The notes: generated from the sequence alone by a model not told the origin. Positions 1-9,607 are shown, counted from the stretch's first letter. The stretch: 64,000 nucleotides of DNA from an uncultured Candidatus Rokubacteria bacterium (GCA_963789955.1 CAWBMV010000001.1:128001-192000), one strand, 5' to 3'. Made by a program: numbers and translations.

Positions 1-506
1 ACGCTCGACGACGGTGGGGAGATCGTGTTTCGCGACGCGCGGCGGCTCGGCCGCGTGCGGCTGCGCCACGATCCGGCGGGCCGAGCCGCCCATCAGCTTG
101 CTCGGCTTCGACGCGCTGCACGACCTGCCGCCCCTCGCCCGGCTGGCCGAGCTCTTCGGCAAGCGTGCCGCACCGGTCAAGGCGGTGCTGCTCGATCAGT
201 CGTTCTCGGCGGGGGTCGGCAACTGGATCGCCGACGAGGTGCTCTATCAGGCCCGCATCGATCCGCGCCGCCGCACGCACATGCTTGACGCGCGCGGAGA
301 TCGGCCGGATTCGTTCGAAGCTGCGCTCGGTCATCTCGACCGCGGTTCGCGCCGGCGCCGACAGCGACCGCTTCCCGCCGAAGTGGTTGTTTCATACCCG
401 GTGGAGCAAGCGCTTGCAGCGCCCGGTGACGGTGCGCGGCGAGCGGATCCGCTACCTGACCGTCGGCGGGCGAACGACCGCGTGGGTCGCTGAAGTCCAG
501 CGCTAG
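1..506 (+). CDS. mutM: Fpg/Nei-family DNA glycosylase, C-terminal part (5'-truncated by window; two apparent frameshifts near 78 and 288)
   Basis: Joined frames give FRDARRLGRV..LGFDAL..KAVLLDQSFSAGVGNWIADEVLYQARIDP (H2TH) ..VGGRTTAWVAEVQR*; no Cys zinc finger. Confidence 0.85.
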   Translation, partial: ARRRWGDRVSRRAAARPRAAAPRSGGPSRPSACSASTRCTTCRPSPGWPSSSASVPHRSRRCCSISRSRRGSATGSPTRCSIRPASIRAAARTCLTRAEIGRIRSKLRSVISTAVRAGADSDRFPPKWLFHTRWSKRLQRPVTVRGERIRYLTVGGRTTAWVAEVQR

Positions 507-509
507 CTT

Positions 510-1739
510 CTATCGGTCAGGAAACAGGCCCGGCATCCACCTGGAAGCGTGCGCGGCTGGAAGAGCAAGACGCAGCGGTGCTCGGGTACTGTCAGAAAGC
601 AAAACCTGCTTGTCCATGAGCGCCGAAATAATCCTTCGAGCCTGACGCTCGCCAGTGCCGACGATGGGCGCTGCATCGGCGCGCGGCAGCTCGCCGCGGT
701 AGAGAACCGCCTCGAGGATGGCATCCGATTTCTGCGGCAAATGACCCAGCCTGATTTCTTCCGCCGCCCAGAGCAGGATGCGGGCGCGCAGGCGGTCGGG
801 TTGGATCAGGGACTCCATGAAGCTGACCTGGTCGAGACATGTCGTCAAGAAAAACCGGGTGAACGCGGTAAGGTTCTCTTCGCTGAGGTGACCGCGCCCG
901 TCCAAGTCATTGCGGCGCGTCTGGTCACAGGCGGCAAGATGGCTCTTGTAGCTCCCCTCGCTGCGGGCGAGCCCGCGGGCGACTGACCACACGGCGCCGG
1001 TGTCGAGAGTCGCGAGCAGTATTGCGTGCGAGAGAAGTCGTACGACGCGGCCATTACCGTCGGCGAACGGGTGGATCCACACGAGGCGGTGATGCGCGGC
1101 CGCCGCCGCGATGACGGTGTCGATAGTGCCGAGGCTTCCGTAGACTTGCTGATAACGGTTCAGAAAGCGCGGCACCGCGCCCGGACTGATGGCAACGTGC
1201 TGGCCGACCTTTACGTCGCGCGCCCGGAGTTCTCCCGGGAGGACTCTGGCTCGGTCGTTGGTGTCCGGATTGTCGACCAACAGCAGGTCGTCGGGCAGGG
1301 GCTCGCAGAAGCGGCGGTGGACCTCACGGATCGACCCGGGGTCGAAGGCCCGGCCCGTGAGGCTCCCGGCATCGATCCATTGCTGGACGGTGACGTGCGC
1401 TTTGGCCTCGAGCTGCAGGTCGCGCTTTTTCGGCTCCCGGCTGTAGTCGTTCTTGAGGGCGCGCTCGATGTCGATCGGGTGCGTAGCGTGGCCTTCGATG
1501 ACGTTGCTGTAGTAGCAGTTCATCGTTCGGACAAGCGAGGCAAGTGACTCGAGGAGGCTAGGTGGCAGCGATCGTCGGAAGCCCGCGCTCTGTTTCGCGA
1601 GCTCGAGGGCGAGGTCCGGCAACCCGGCCCGCTTGAGAGCGGATTCGCTGATGAGCAACGGCTCCATCAGGGCCGTGGTCTCACCACGGTCCTTGACCGC
1701 TTTGATGTCCGGTTTTATGTCCGCTTTGTTTCTGGTCAT
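510..1739 (-). CDS. Fic-domain protein with C-terminal winged HTH
   Basis: Fic motif HPFADGNGRVVR; N-terminal inhibitory-type SNVIEG; C-terminal GTGERQARRIISALMDKQVL HTH-like segment; start at 1739 is a best guess. Confidence 0.9.
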   Translation of the reverse strand: MTRNKADIKPDIKAVKDRGETTALMEPLLISESALKRAGLPDLALELAKQSAGFRRSLPPSLLESLASLVRTMNCYYSNVIEGHATHPIDIERALKNDYSREPKKRDLQLEAKAHVTVQQWIDAGSLTGRAFDPGSIREVHRRFCEPLPDDLLLVDNPDTNDRARVLPGELRARDVKVGQHVAISPGAVPRFLNRYQQVYGSLGTIDTVIAAAAAHHRLVWIHPFADGNGRVVRLLSHAILLATLDTGAVWSVARGLARSEGSYKSHLAACDQTRRNDLDGRGHLSEENLTAFTRFFLTTCLDQVSFMESLIQPDRLRARILLWAAEEIRLGHLPQKSDAILEAVLYRGELPRADAAPIVGTGERQARRIISALMDKQVLLSDSTRAPLRLALPAAHASRWMPGLFPDR

Positions 1740-1815
1740 AAGCAATTGTATATCAGCTACTTGCATGGTCAATGTTGCTGGGAATGCCTCCCAAGATGTC
1801 CGGTATATTGTCCGC
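1704..1815. promoter_or_regulatory. Two copies of TGTCCG-N6-TGTCCG direct-repeat boxes flanking the fic start (putative operators)
   Basis: GATGTCCGGTTTTATGTCCGC (1704-1724) and GATGTCCGGTATATTGTCCGC (1795-1815), 18/21 identical, with AT-rich DNA between them. Confidence 0.5.
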
Positions 1816-1940
1816 CTGCTGCCCTGGTAGGGGCTGACAACTCCCGCCTGGGAACAGCCTCGTCGACCCACGTCGGCTGCTTGTTGGTGCTCGATGGACG
1901 GTCATCCGGGCGCGGCGTAGGATTCGGGCGGGAGGAATCG

Positions 1941-2476
1941 ATGGCGAACATTTCGCCCGTGCACCTGATGAAGTGGATCGACGAGCACAAGACGTCTGTT
2001 CAGCGGGCCGGTCGCGAACAAGGAAGTCTTTCCCGAGAGCGAGTTCATCTACCAGATCGTCCGCGGGCCGAACGCGCGGAACGACTTTCCACATCGATCC
2101 GGGCGACGAGATCTTCTACCAGCTCAAGGGCGACATCACCGTGCGGTGCATCGACACCGACGGCACGCCGCGCGACATCACGGTGCGCGAGGGCGAGGCG
2201 ATGCTCTGCCGCGCCGGCACGCCGCACTGCCCGATCCGTCCGGCCGACACCTGGGGTCTCGTGATCGAGCGCAAGCGCCGGCCCGACGAGCGCGACGGCC
2301 TCGCGTGGTTCTGCGACAAGTGCGGCGCCAAGCTCCACGAGACGACGTTCTCGGTCACGAACATCGAGGTGGAGCTGCTCGACGCCATCAAGAGTTCAAC
2401 GCGAGCCCGTCCCAGCGCACGTGCAAGACGATGCGGCGCCGTGCTGCCGGTGCCCGCGGGAGCGGCGTCGGCCTGA
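1941..2476 (+). CDS. nbaC: 3-hydroxyanthranilate 3,4-dioxygenase (several apparent frameshifts)
   Basis: GGAGGA RBS; joined frames give VRGPNARNDFHIDPGDEIFYQLKG..PHCPIR..GLVIERKR..WFCDKC..C-x2-C (cupin plus rubredoxin-like Cys pairs). Confidence 0.85.
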
Positions 2477-2515
2477 TTGTCGTCGTCGATCGACCGCCGC
2501 CCGGCCGACCCGAGG

Positions 2516-2821
2516 CTACGCGCCGACGTCCGTGTATTTGACGTCACAGCGATACGTCTTGTACTCGCCCACGAAGAACGGCTGCAGCGGCGCCATGATC
2601 TCGCGATAGAGCGCGCTCTCCTCGTACGCCTTCATGTCCGCGGGATTCTCCCAGAGACTCACGGCGAAACCGGTGTCCTTGTCCCCGGAGTCTTGCGCGA
2701 GCCAGCGGCCGCGCAGTCCCTTGAGCCCTTTACCTTTGGTGAGCACGTTGTCCCGGTAGGTCCGCTCGAAGTCGTTCCACGCGCCCGCCCGCAGCTTGCC
2801 CCAGGTAACCCGGATCACCAT
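2516..2821 (-). CDS. Antibiotic biosynthesis monooxygenase (ABM)-like protein
   Basis: 101 aa ferredoxin-like pattern GLRGRWLAQD..AVSLWENPADMKAYEES; GGAGG RBS. Confidence 0.7.
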   Translation of the reverse strand: MVIRVTWGKLRAGAWNDFERTYRDNVLTKGKGLKGLRGRWLAQDSGDKDTGFAVSLWENPADMKAYEESALYREIMAPLQPFFVGEYKTYRCDVKYTDVGA

Positions 2822-2854
2822 GGCTGGCCTCCTTGTTGTGACGACCGATCGAAC

Positions 2855-3088
2855 TCAGGCGCCCGGTGCCTCGGGCGCGGTGGTCTCCGCGGGATCGAAC
2901 GCGACACGATCCCAGATCGCATCGGCGACCGGCCAGGCGCGCAGGATTGCGGCGAGCTGGTTCGCGTCCTGGATGGGCCCGTGCTCGGCGCGAAACCGGA
3001 GAATGGCGCGGGCCTGTTCGGGGCCGATGCCCGGCAGCTCGAGGAGCTCCGCGGGATTGGCGAGGTTGACTCGCACTCGGTTCGACAT
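2855..3088 (-). CDS. Helix-hairpin-helix (ComEA-like) DNA-binding protein
   Basis: VNLANPAELLELPGIGPEQARAILRFRAEHGP. Confidence 0.8.
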   Translation of the reverse strand: MSNRVRVNLANPAELLELPGIGPEQARAILRFRAEHGPIQDANQLAAILRAWPVADAIWDRVAFDPAETTAPEAPGA

Positions 3089-3179
3089 GGGCGCCTCCTA
3101 ACTACATACCGAGTGTGCTCCCGAAACGTCGAACCGCCAGCGATCGGACCATCGGACGACGGAGACGTCGCCCGGAAGG

Positions 3180-4043
3180 TCAGCGCGCGAAGTTGTCGAT
3201 CAGGTAGCGCGAGATGCTGTGGCGCGAGGGGAGGCTCGGGAGGTTCGTGCACGGAAACCAGCGCGCGTCCTCCAGCTCCTCGGCGTCCACCTTGATCTCG
3301 CCGCCCGCGTAGGTGGCGACGAAGCCGACCATCAGCTGGCTCGGGAAGGGCCAGTTCTGACTGCCGACGTAGCGGATGTCCTTCACGTCGACGCCGACCT
3401 CTTCCTTCACCTCGCGCGCGACGCAGCCCTCGAGCGATTCGCCGTTGTCGACGAAGCCGGCGACGAGCGCGTAGCGGCCGGGCGCCCAGATGGCCTTGCG
3501 CGCGAGCAGCACGCGGTCGCCGTCGCGCACGACGACGATGACCGCCGGGTGCAGGTGAGGGTAGTGCTCGTACTTGCACTTCGGGCAGCGCTTGCCCCAC
3601 TCGCCGGCCAGGCGCTCGGTGGGGCCGCCGCAGCGGGGACAGAAGCCGCTCGTCGATTCCCACCAGAGGGCCTGCATGGCCATGCCGCCGAGCGAGAGCA
3701 GATCGTCGGGCAGACGCGTGCCGGCCATCGGCACGAGCGTCTCGCGCTGGAATTCGTCCGGGACGGCGGCATCGCGCGGGAGCGACGCCACCCAGCATTC
3801 GGTGTCACCGCCCAGGGTGCCGAGCCAGATCGGCTCGCCGAGGGCGCCGTCGAGCTTGGCCGGGCGCTGACCCGACGGGAGCCGGAAGCGGTCGCCGTCC
3901 GGAACGACCAGGAGCTTCTGATCCTGGACGATGATCCAGTTGCCGCGCTCGGTCGGCGGCTTCGTCCCGCGCTTGGCCGGAACGAAGGCTCCGCGGAGGC
4001 AGTCGATATTGAACGGCAGATAGACGCTGAGTGGAGTCGTCAT
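3180..4043 (-). CDS. nudC: NAD(H) pyrophosphatase / NAD-cap decapping Nudix hydrolase
   Basis: CPRC/CPKC zinc ribbon, Nudix box AGFVDNGESLEGCVAREVKEEVG, SQNWPFPSQLM. Confidence 0.92.
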   Translation of the reverse strand: MTTPLSVYLPFNIDCLRGAFVPAKRGTKPPTERGNWIIVQDQKLLVVPDGDRFRLPSGQRPAKLDGALGEPIWLGTLGGDTECWVASLPRDAAVPDEFQRETLVPMAGTRLPDDLLSLGGMAMQALWWESTSGFCPRCGGPTERLAGEWGKRCPKCKYEHYPHLHPAVIVVVRDGDRVLLARKAIWAPGRYALVAGFVDNGESLEGCVAREVKEEVGVDVKDIRYVGSQNWPFPSQLMVGFVATYAGGEIKVDAEELEDARWFPCTNLPSLPSRHSISRYLIDNFAR

Positions 4044-5182
4044 GAGCCGAGAAGTCCCACGTCGCCGGGCTGGCCGGCGCGCGAGGCCACCGGCACGCGG
4101 TCGCCGGCCGGCGCCTCGACGCCGAGCTTCTTGAGGGCGGGCATGACCTCGCGGGCGAAGAGGCGCATGTTGGCCTCGGCGTCCTCGTACGGCATGCCGG
4201 CGTAGCTGAAGACGCCGATGTAGTGGCTGTTGTTCGTTCGCGCGTGGATGTCGAGGATCTTCTCGTAGCACTGCTCGGGCGTGCCCCAGACTTGAAGGTT
4301 CATGAAGTAGTCGACGACGGTGTCGGTCCCGTACTGCGTGATCTTCTCCGCCATCTTGCCGTAGTACTCGTAGCCCTTCGTCCGGGCGAGGTGATCGCCC
4401 TGGAACTGATAGTGATCGAGCACCGTCTGGTAGTAGCCGCCGATGAACCGTCGCGCCATCTCCTCGGCGCGCGCCGCGCTCTCGTCGCAGAACGTCCAGC
4501 CCGCCGAGACCGGCGGCGGCGCCTCGACGCCGTTCACGTCGCGGTAGATCGAGCGGTAGGTCTCGAGCTCTCGCGCGACTTCCTTCCAGGGCTTCTGCGG
4601 AATGATCAGGATCCCGACGCCGAGCTTCGCCATGATCGGCAGCGACTCCGGCGAGACCGCGGCGGCATAGGTGCGGCCGCGGAACGATTTGAAGGGCGCG
4701 GGCCGGATCGCGGCGCGTGGCTGCTTGACGAAGGTGCCGTCGTACTCGCAGTAGCCGGTCTCGAGACCGCCCAGCAGCATCTCGGCTGATTCGGTGAAGC
4801 GCTGGCGCGACTCGTCCATCGAGAGGCGGAAGCCGTCGAACTCGACCTTGCCGGCGCCGCGCCCGAGGCCCAGGATCAGCCGGCCGCCCGAGATGTTGTC
4901 GAGCATCGAGACTTCCTCGGCGACGCGCATCGGATCGTGCCACGGCAGCACCACGACCATCGAGCCCAGCCGCGCGCGCTCCGTGCGGCCGGCCATGTAC
5001 GTCAGGAATTGCAGCACGTCCGGGCACATCGTGTAGTCGGTGAAGTGATGCTCGACGCCCCAGATCGACTCGAAGCCGAGCGGCTCGGCGAGGTCGGCCA
5101 GCCGGAGCTCGTTTCGATAGACGTCGCGGTCGGTTCGCGCCTTGCCGGGGTTCTGGAACACGGCCGCCATTCCAACGTGCAT
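4040..5182 (-). CDS. Luciferase-like (LLM) flavin-dependent monooxygenase
   Basis: GFESIWGVEHHFTDY, PMRVAEEVSMLDNISGGRLILGLGRG; stop overlaps nudC start. Confidence 0.9.
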   Translation of the reverse strand: MHVGMAAVFQNPGKARTDRDVYRNELRLADLAEPLGFESIWGVEHHFTDYTMCPDVLQFLTYMAGRTERARLGSMVVVLPWHDPMRVAEEVSMLDNISGGRLILGLGRGAGKVEFDGFRLSMDESRQRFTESAEMLLGGLETGYCEYDGTFVKQPRAAIRPAPFKSFRGRTYAAAVSPESLPIMAKLGVGILIIPQKPWKEVARELETYRSIYRDVNGVEAPPPVSAGWTFCDESAARAEEMARRFIGGYYQTVLDHYQFQGDHLARTKGYEYYGKMAEKITQYGTDTVVDYFMNLQVWGTPEQCYEKILDIHARTNNSHYIGVFSYAGMPYEDAEANMRLFAREVMPALKKLGVEAPAGDRVPVASRAGQPGDVGLLGS

Positions 5183-5218
5183 GGGACGCTCCCCCTTCGC
5201 CGTTGTATTATTGCGCCG

Positions 5219-6676
5219 ATGAGCCCATTCGATCCAGCCCCCTTCGTCGAGCGTCGGCAACGGTTCGCGGCGGCCATCGGTGACGGACTCGCCATCATCC
5301 CGGGCGCCCGGGAGATCCAGCGCAACGCGGATGTGAACTACGAGTTCCGCCAGGCCTCGGACTTCTTCTTCCTGACCGGGTTCGACGAGCCCGACGCGGT
5401 CGCCGTGTTCAATCCGGCGGACGCCAAGGAGCGCTTCGTCCTCTTCGTCCGCCCGCGCGACCGCGAGATGGAGATCTGGAACGGCCGGCGCGCCGGCACC
5501 GAGGGCGCCATCGCCACCTACGGCGCGGACGCCGCGTACACGATCGACCGGCTCGACGCGAAGCTGCGCGAATACATGATCGACCGGCCGGCGATCTTCT
5601 ACCGGCTCGGCAGCGGCGCGTTCGACAGCCGGGTCACGCGGCTGGTCGGCGATCTGCGCGCCGCGCGCGCGCGGGGCTTCGCACCGCCCGTGCGCATCGA
5701 GGATCCGGGGCCGATCCTCAACGAGCTGCGACTGCGCCGCTCGGCCGCGGAGCTGGCGCGACATCGCCGCGCGTGCGAGATCAGTCGCGACGGGCACGTC
5801 GAGGCGATGCGTTACGCGCGGCCCGGACTCTACGAGTACCAGGTGCAGGCGGCGCTCGAGTACGTGTTCCGCGTGAACGGCTCGCCGCGCAACGGTTATC
5901 CCTCGATCGTCGCCTCCGGCGCCAACGCGTGCATTCTCCACTACAGCGAGAACACGCGGCGCATGGAAGACGGCGATCTCCTGCTGATCGACGCCGGCTG
6001 CGAGTACGGCTATCACTCGGCCGACATCACGCGCACGTTCCCGGTCAACGGGCGATTCACGGCCGCCCAGCGCGCGGTCTACGAGATCGTCCTGCGCGCG
6101 CAGCTCGCCGGGATCGCGGCGGCGCGCCCGGGCAACCGGTACGAGGCGGTGCACGAGGCCGCGCGGCGCGTGCTCACCGAGGGGCTCGTGGCGCTCGGGG
6201 CGCTGCCGCGCGGCGTCGAGGAGTCGCTCGCGATGCACCACTATCGCGAGTTCTACATGCACGGCACCGGGCACTGGCTCGGCATGGACGTGCACGACGT
6301 CGGCGACTATCGGATCGACCGCAAGTCGCGCATTCTCGAGCCCGGCATGGTGCTGACCGTGGAGCCCGGCCTCTACTTCGATCCCGAGCGCGAGAGCGCG
6401 ACGTACCATCTGCGCGAGTACAGCGAGGAGGAGGCGTGGGAGCGCCGCCTGCGCCTGGGCGCGGCCGCCGCCAAGAAGATCGAGGACGAAGAGAAGGCGA
6501 AGGCCGAGAAGATCACGCACGCCGTCCCGAAGGAGCTGCGCGGCATCGGCATCCGCATCGAGGACGACGTGCTGATCACCGCGGACGGCTGCGACGTGCT
6601 CACCGCGGGCACACCCAAGACGATCGACGAGGTCGAGCGCGCCTGCGCCGAGCCGCCCCGCCTGCCCCGTCCCTGA
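5219..6676 (+). CDS. pepP: Xaa-Pro aminopeptidase
   Basis: FRQASDFFFLTGF, DAGCEYGYHSADITRTFP, HGTGHWLGMDVHD, TVEPGLY, GIRIEDD. Confidence 0.95.
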   Translation: MSPFDPAPFVERRQRFAAAIGDGLAIIPGAREIQRNADVNYEFRQASDFFFLTGFDEPDAVAVFNPADAKERFVLFVRPRDREMEIWNGRRAGTEGAIATYGADAAYTIDRLDAKLREYMIDRPAIFYRLGSGAFDSRVTRLVGDLRAARARGFAPPVRIEDPGPILNELRLRRSAAELARHRRACEISRDGHVEAMRYARPGLYEYQVQAALEYVFRVNGSPRNGYPSIVASGANACILHYSENTRRMEDGDLLLIDAGCEYGYHSADITRTFPVNGRFTAAQRAVYEIVLRAQLAGIAAARPGNRYEAVHEAARRVLTEGLVALGALPRGVEESLAMHHYREFYMHGTGHWLGMDVHDVGDYRIDRKSRILEPGMVLTVEPGLYFDPERESATYHLREYSEEEAWERRLRLGAAAAKKIEDEEKAKAEKITHAVPKELRGIGIRIEDDVLITADGCDVLTAGTPKTIDEVERACAEPPRLPRP

Positions 6677-6733
6677 TTCGCCGGGCGCCTGGTTCGTCTC
6701 GCCGACGAGCTGGCCGCGCCCGCATCCGCGTCG

Positions 6734-7136
6734 GTGCTGTCAGCCTCTTGTTGGTCTCGCCTGTTCTTCGTCGCGGCGTGCTCGCTGCGCCGGCCGCGGC
6801 GCACCCGGCGGCGCGGTGATGATCACACCCGAGAGCAATGGCCGCACGGTCGAGCTGCGAACGGATCAGGAGCTGTTCGTCCGTCTGCCGGGCAATCCGG
6901 CAATGGGCTATCGATGGTCGCTCGCCGCGGCGCCGGCCGCGGTCCTGAAGCTGGAGGGGCTGCCGCAGCTCGAGAGAGATCCAGCCGGTGCCGGCGTGGG
7001 CGGGCCGGTCGTCGAGATCTGGCGATTCACGACGGCGCACACGGGCCAGCAGGTCCTGGTCTTCGACTATCGCCTTCCGTGGGAAACGGACGCGCCGCCC
7101 GCGCGCCAGCTCTCGTTCACCGTCACCGTTCGCTAG
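6734..7136 (+). CDS. Chagasin-family (I42) cysteine protease inhibitor, probable lipoprotein (frameshift in the N-terminus)
   Basis: LPGNPAMGYRW, GVGG, YRLPWE motifs; upstream FFVAAC lipobox-like segment in another frame. Confidence 0.75.
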
Positions 7137-7142
7137 TCGAGG

Positions 7143-8044
7143 CTAGCGGCCGAGCACGGCGCGGAGCGCGTCCTCCAGGGTCGGGTAACGGAAGCGGTAG
7201 CCGCTCGCCTGAAGCCGCGCCGGCACGGCGCGCTGGCTCGCCAGCAGCATCTCGTCCGCCATCTCGCCGAGCGCCAGGCGCGCCGCGAACGCCGGCAGGG
7301 GCACGAGCGTGGGGCGCCCGAGCGCCCGGCCCAGGGTCCGCGTGAACTCGGCATTGGTGACCGGCGCGGGCGCGACGACGTTCAGCGGCCCGCGGAGCGC
7401 GTCGGTCGTGAGGGCGTGGCGGATCGCGCCGATCACGTCGTCGAGCGCGATCCAGCTCATCCACTGTGCGCCGTCGCCGATGACGCCGCCCAGGCCCAGC
7501 CGGAACGGGGTCAGCATCTTGGCGAGCGCGCCGCCGTGTGCGCTCAACACGACGCCGAGCCGCAGGTTCACCACGCGGATCCCCTGCGCGATCGCCGTGG
7601 CGGTGGCCGCTTCCCACTCGCGGGCGAGATCGGCCAGAAAGCCGGTGCCGGGTCGGCTCTCTTCGCTCAGCACCTCGTCGCCGCGGCTGCCGTAGTAGCC
7701 GACGCCCGAGGCGCAGACGAGCACGGCCGGCGGCTTCGCGAGCCGCGTCAGCGTCTGAACCGAGCAGGCGGGTCGCGATCACGCGGCTCTCGCGGATGCG
7801 GCGCTTCTTCTCCGCCGTCCATCGGAGCCCCATGAGGCTGTCGCCGGCGAGATGGACGACTCGCGTCGGCGACCGACGGGCCGGCCGGCGTGATCGCGCC
7901 GGAGGCCGGATCCCAGCGGAGCACGTCCTCGCCGGGTCTCGGGGCGCGGCGCACGAGCGGGATCGCTCGATGCCCACCAGCCTCGAGGGACGCGATCAGC
8001 GCGGCGCCGATCAGACCGCTCGCGCCGCTGACCGCGACGTTCAC
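7143..8044 (-). CDS. TIGR01777/YfcH-family NAD-dependent epimerase-like oxidoreductase (frameshifted)
   Basis: VAVSGASGLIG, VVHLAG, SGVGYYG, LRLGVVL, GDGAQWMSWI, YRFRYPTLEDAL. Confidence 0.88.
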
Positions 8045-8793
8045 GCCATCGCGCCGCCGTCGACGGTGTAGATCCCGCCGGTGATGTACGTCGCGTCGGG
8101 GCTCGCCAGGAACGCCACGAGGGCGGCGACCTCTTCGGGCGCGCCGTAGCGACGCATCGGGATGGTCGCGGTGAGTCGCTCCCGCTTGATCTCGGTCTCG
8201 AGCTCTTGCGCCATCGGTGTCTCGATCGGCGCCGGGCACACGGCGTTGACGCGAATGTTGTGGCGCGCCAGCTCGAGCGACGCGGCGCGCGTCATGCCGA
8301 CGACCGCGTGCTTGCTCGCGGTGTAGGCGATGATGTTCGGCGAGCCGCGCAGACCCGCGATCGACGCGGTGTTCACGATGGCCCCGCCGCCGCGCGCGCG
8401 CATCAGCGGCGCGACCACCTTCATCCCGAGCCAGACGGCCTTGAGGTTGACGGCGATCACCCGGTCGAACGTCTCTTCGGGATAGTCGACCAGCGGCTTC
8501 AGCGCGCCGAGCACGCCCGCGTTGTTGAAGAAGACGTCGATGCCGCCGAACCGCTTCACCGCCGCGTCGGCGTATTTCTGCACCTCCGCCAGCTTCGTCA
8601 CGTCGGCCTCGACGGCGTGCACCTCGCCGTCGACCTTCTCGACCGCGGCCACGCTCTGCCGGAGCGCCGCCGCGGCCAGATCGACGACCACCACGCGCGC
8701 GCCCTCGGACGCGAAGCGCACGGCGGCGGCACGACCGATGCCACCGGCGCCTCCGGTGACGAGCACGACCTTCCCGGTGAATCTCGCCGCCAT
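8041..8793 (-). CDS. Short-chain dehydrogenase/reductase
   Basis: TGGAGGIG, NNAG, YTASKH. Confidence 0.93.
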   Translation of the reverse strand: MAARFTGKVVLVTGGAGGIGRAAAVRFASEGARVVVVDLAAAALRQSVAAVEKVDGEVHAVEADVTKLAEVQKYADAAVKRFGGIDVFFNNAGVLGALKPLVDYPEETFDRVIAVNLKAVWLGMKVVAPLMRARGGGAIVNTASIAGLRGSPNIIAYTASKHAVVGMTRAASLELARHNIRVNAVCPAPIETPMAQELETEIKRERLTATIPMRRYGAPEEVAALVAFLASPDATYITGGIYTVDGGAMA

Positions 8794-8844
8794 GTCAGGC
8801 GCCATCTTGCTCTTGGCGCCGACTCGACGCAAGCTTGGGGCGCC

Positions 8845-9322
8845 ATGACCGAAGACGAGGGCTTGAAAGCGCTGCTCGGGGACGACGCGGCGGCGGCGGC
8901 GCGCGCCGAGGCCGCGCTGTGGGAGATGTGGCATCGTTCGGGCGATCGCGAGGTCGATGCGCTCCTGCGCGAGGGCATCACCCTCATGGAGCGGCGCGAC
9001 CTGCTCGCGGCCGAGGCGATCTTCGCCCGCATGATCGCGCAGGCTCCCGCGTTCGCCGAAGGCTGGAACAAGCGCGCGACCGTGCGCTACGTCGCCGAGA
9101 ACTACGAAGGCTCGATCTCCGATTGCGAGGAGACGCTCTCGCGCAATCCTCATCACTTCGGCGCGCTGGCGGGCGCGGGGCTCTGCTACATGGCGCTCGG
9201 ACGGCCTCGCGAGGCTGCTGGGATGTTTCGTCGGGCGCTCGCGGTGCATCCTCGGCTTGGGCGGAGCCCGGCAGAATCTTGCCGTCGCTCTTGGGGAAGC
9301 CGTGCGCGGTAACGGTCACTGA
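8845..9322 (+). CDS. TPR-repeat protein (frameshift near the 3' end)
   Basis: LWEMWHRSGD, PAFAEGWNKRATVRY, NPHHFGALAGAGLCY TPR patterns. Confidence 0.8.
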
Positions 9323-9331
9323 GCTTGGTGG

Positions 9332-9495
9332 CGGGGCGCCGGGGCGGGGGTGTGCGGGAGGGGTCGAGCTGACCACGCGGCACGCGTGCGCTGCTCCGCG
9401 GCGGCTGGGCTCCATCCGGGCGCGCGTCGTCCGCCGCTCGCTTGGAGGGAACGGGTCCCTCGACCCCTCCCGCACACCCCCGCCCCGGCGCCCCG
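9332..9495. repeat. Palindromic REP/MITE-like element with perfect 37-bp inverted arms
   Basis: 9332-9368 CGGGGCGCCGGGGCGGGGGTGTGCGGGAGGGGTCGAG is the exact reverse complement of 9459-9495; lies between convergent genes. Confidence 0.85.
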
Positions 9496-9607
9496 ACTCT
9501 CCGTCTCGCCTAGTCCAGTAGCGAGCGACTCGGTCCAGCTGTGAGCAATCTGAGCGGCGGTTGGCGCTGCCGGCCTGGTTTTGCGTGCGCCCGTCGAGCC
9601 CGGGCGC

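Noticed and set aside
1941..2476. HAO plus cyclase (37158) as a kynurenine pathway cluster
   Set aside because: The genes are 35 kb apart, no kynA/kynU is nearby, and the cyclase appears exported with a variant motif.
3180..5027. Apparent 615-aa NudC fusion and 1016-aa activator ORF (15915-18965)
   Set aside because: The N-terminal extensions overlap the upstream gene in another frame; true starts are at ATGA overlaps (4043, 18419).
4040..6520. Very long antisense/alternate-frame ORFs (e.g. the 826-aa extension over pepP, 51641-54040 +, 38206-40842 -, 24461-26611 +)
   Set aside because: They are shadows of real genes in high-GC DNA where stops are rare; Arg/Ala/Gly-rich with no motifs.
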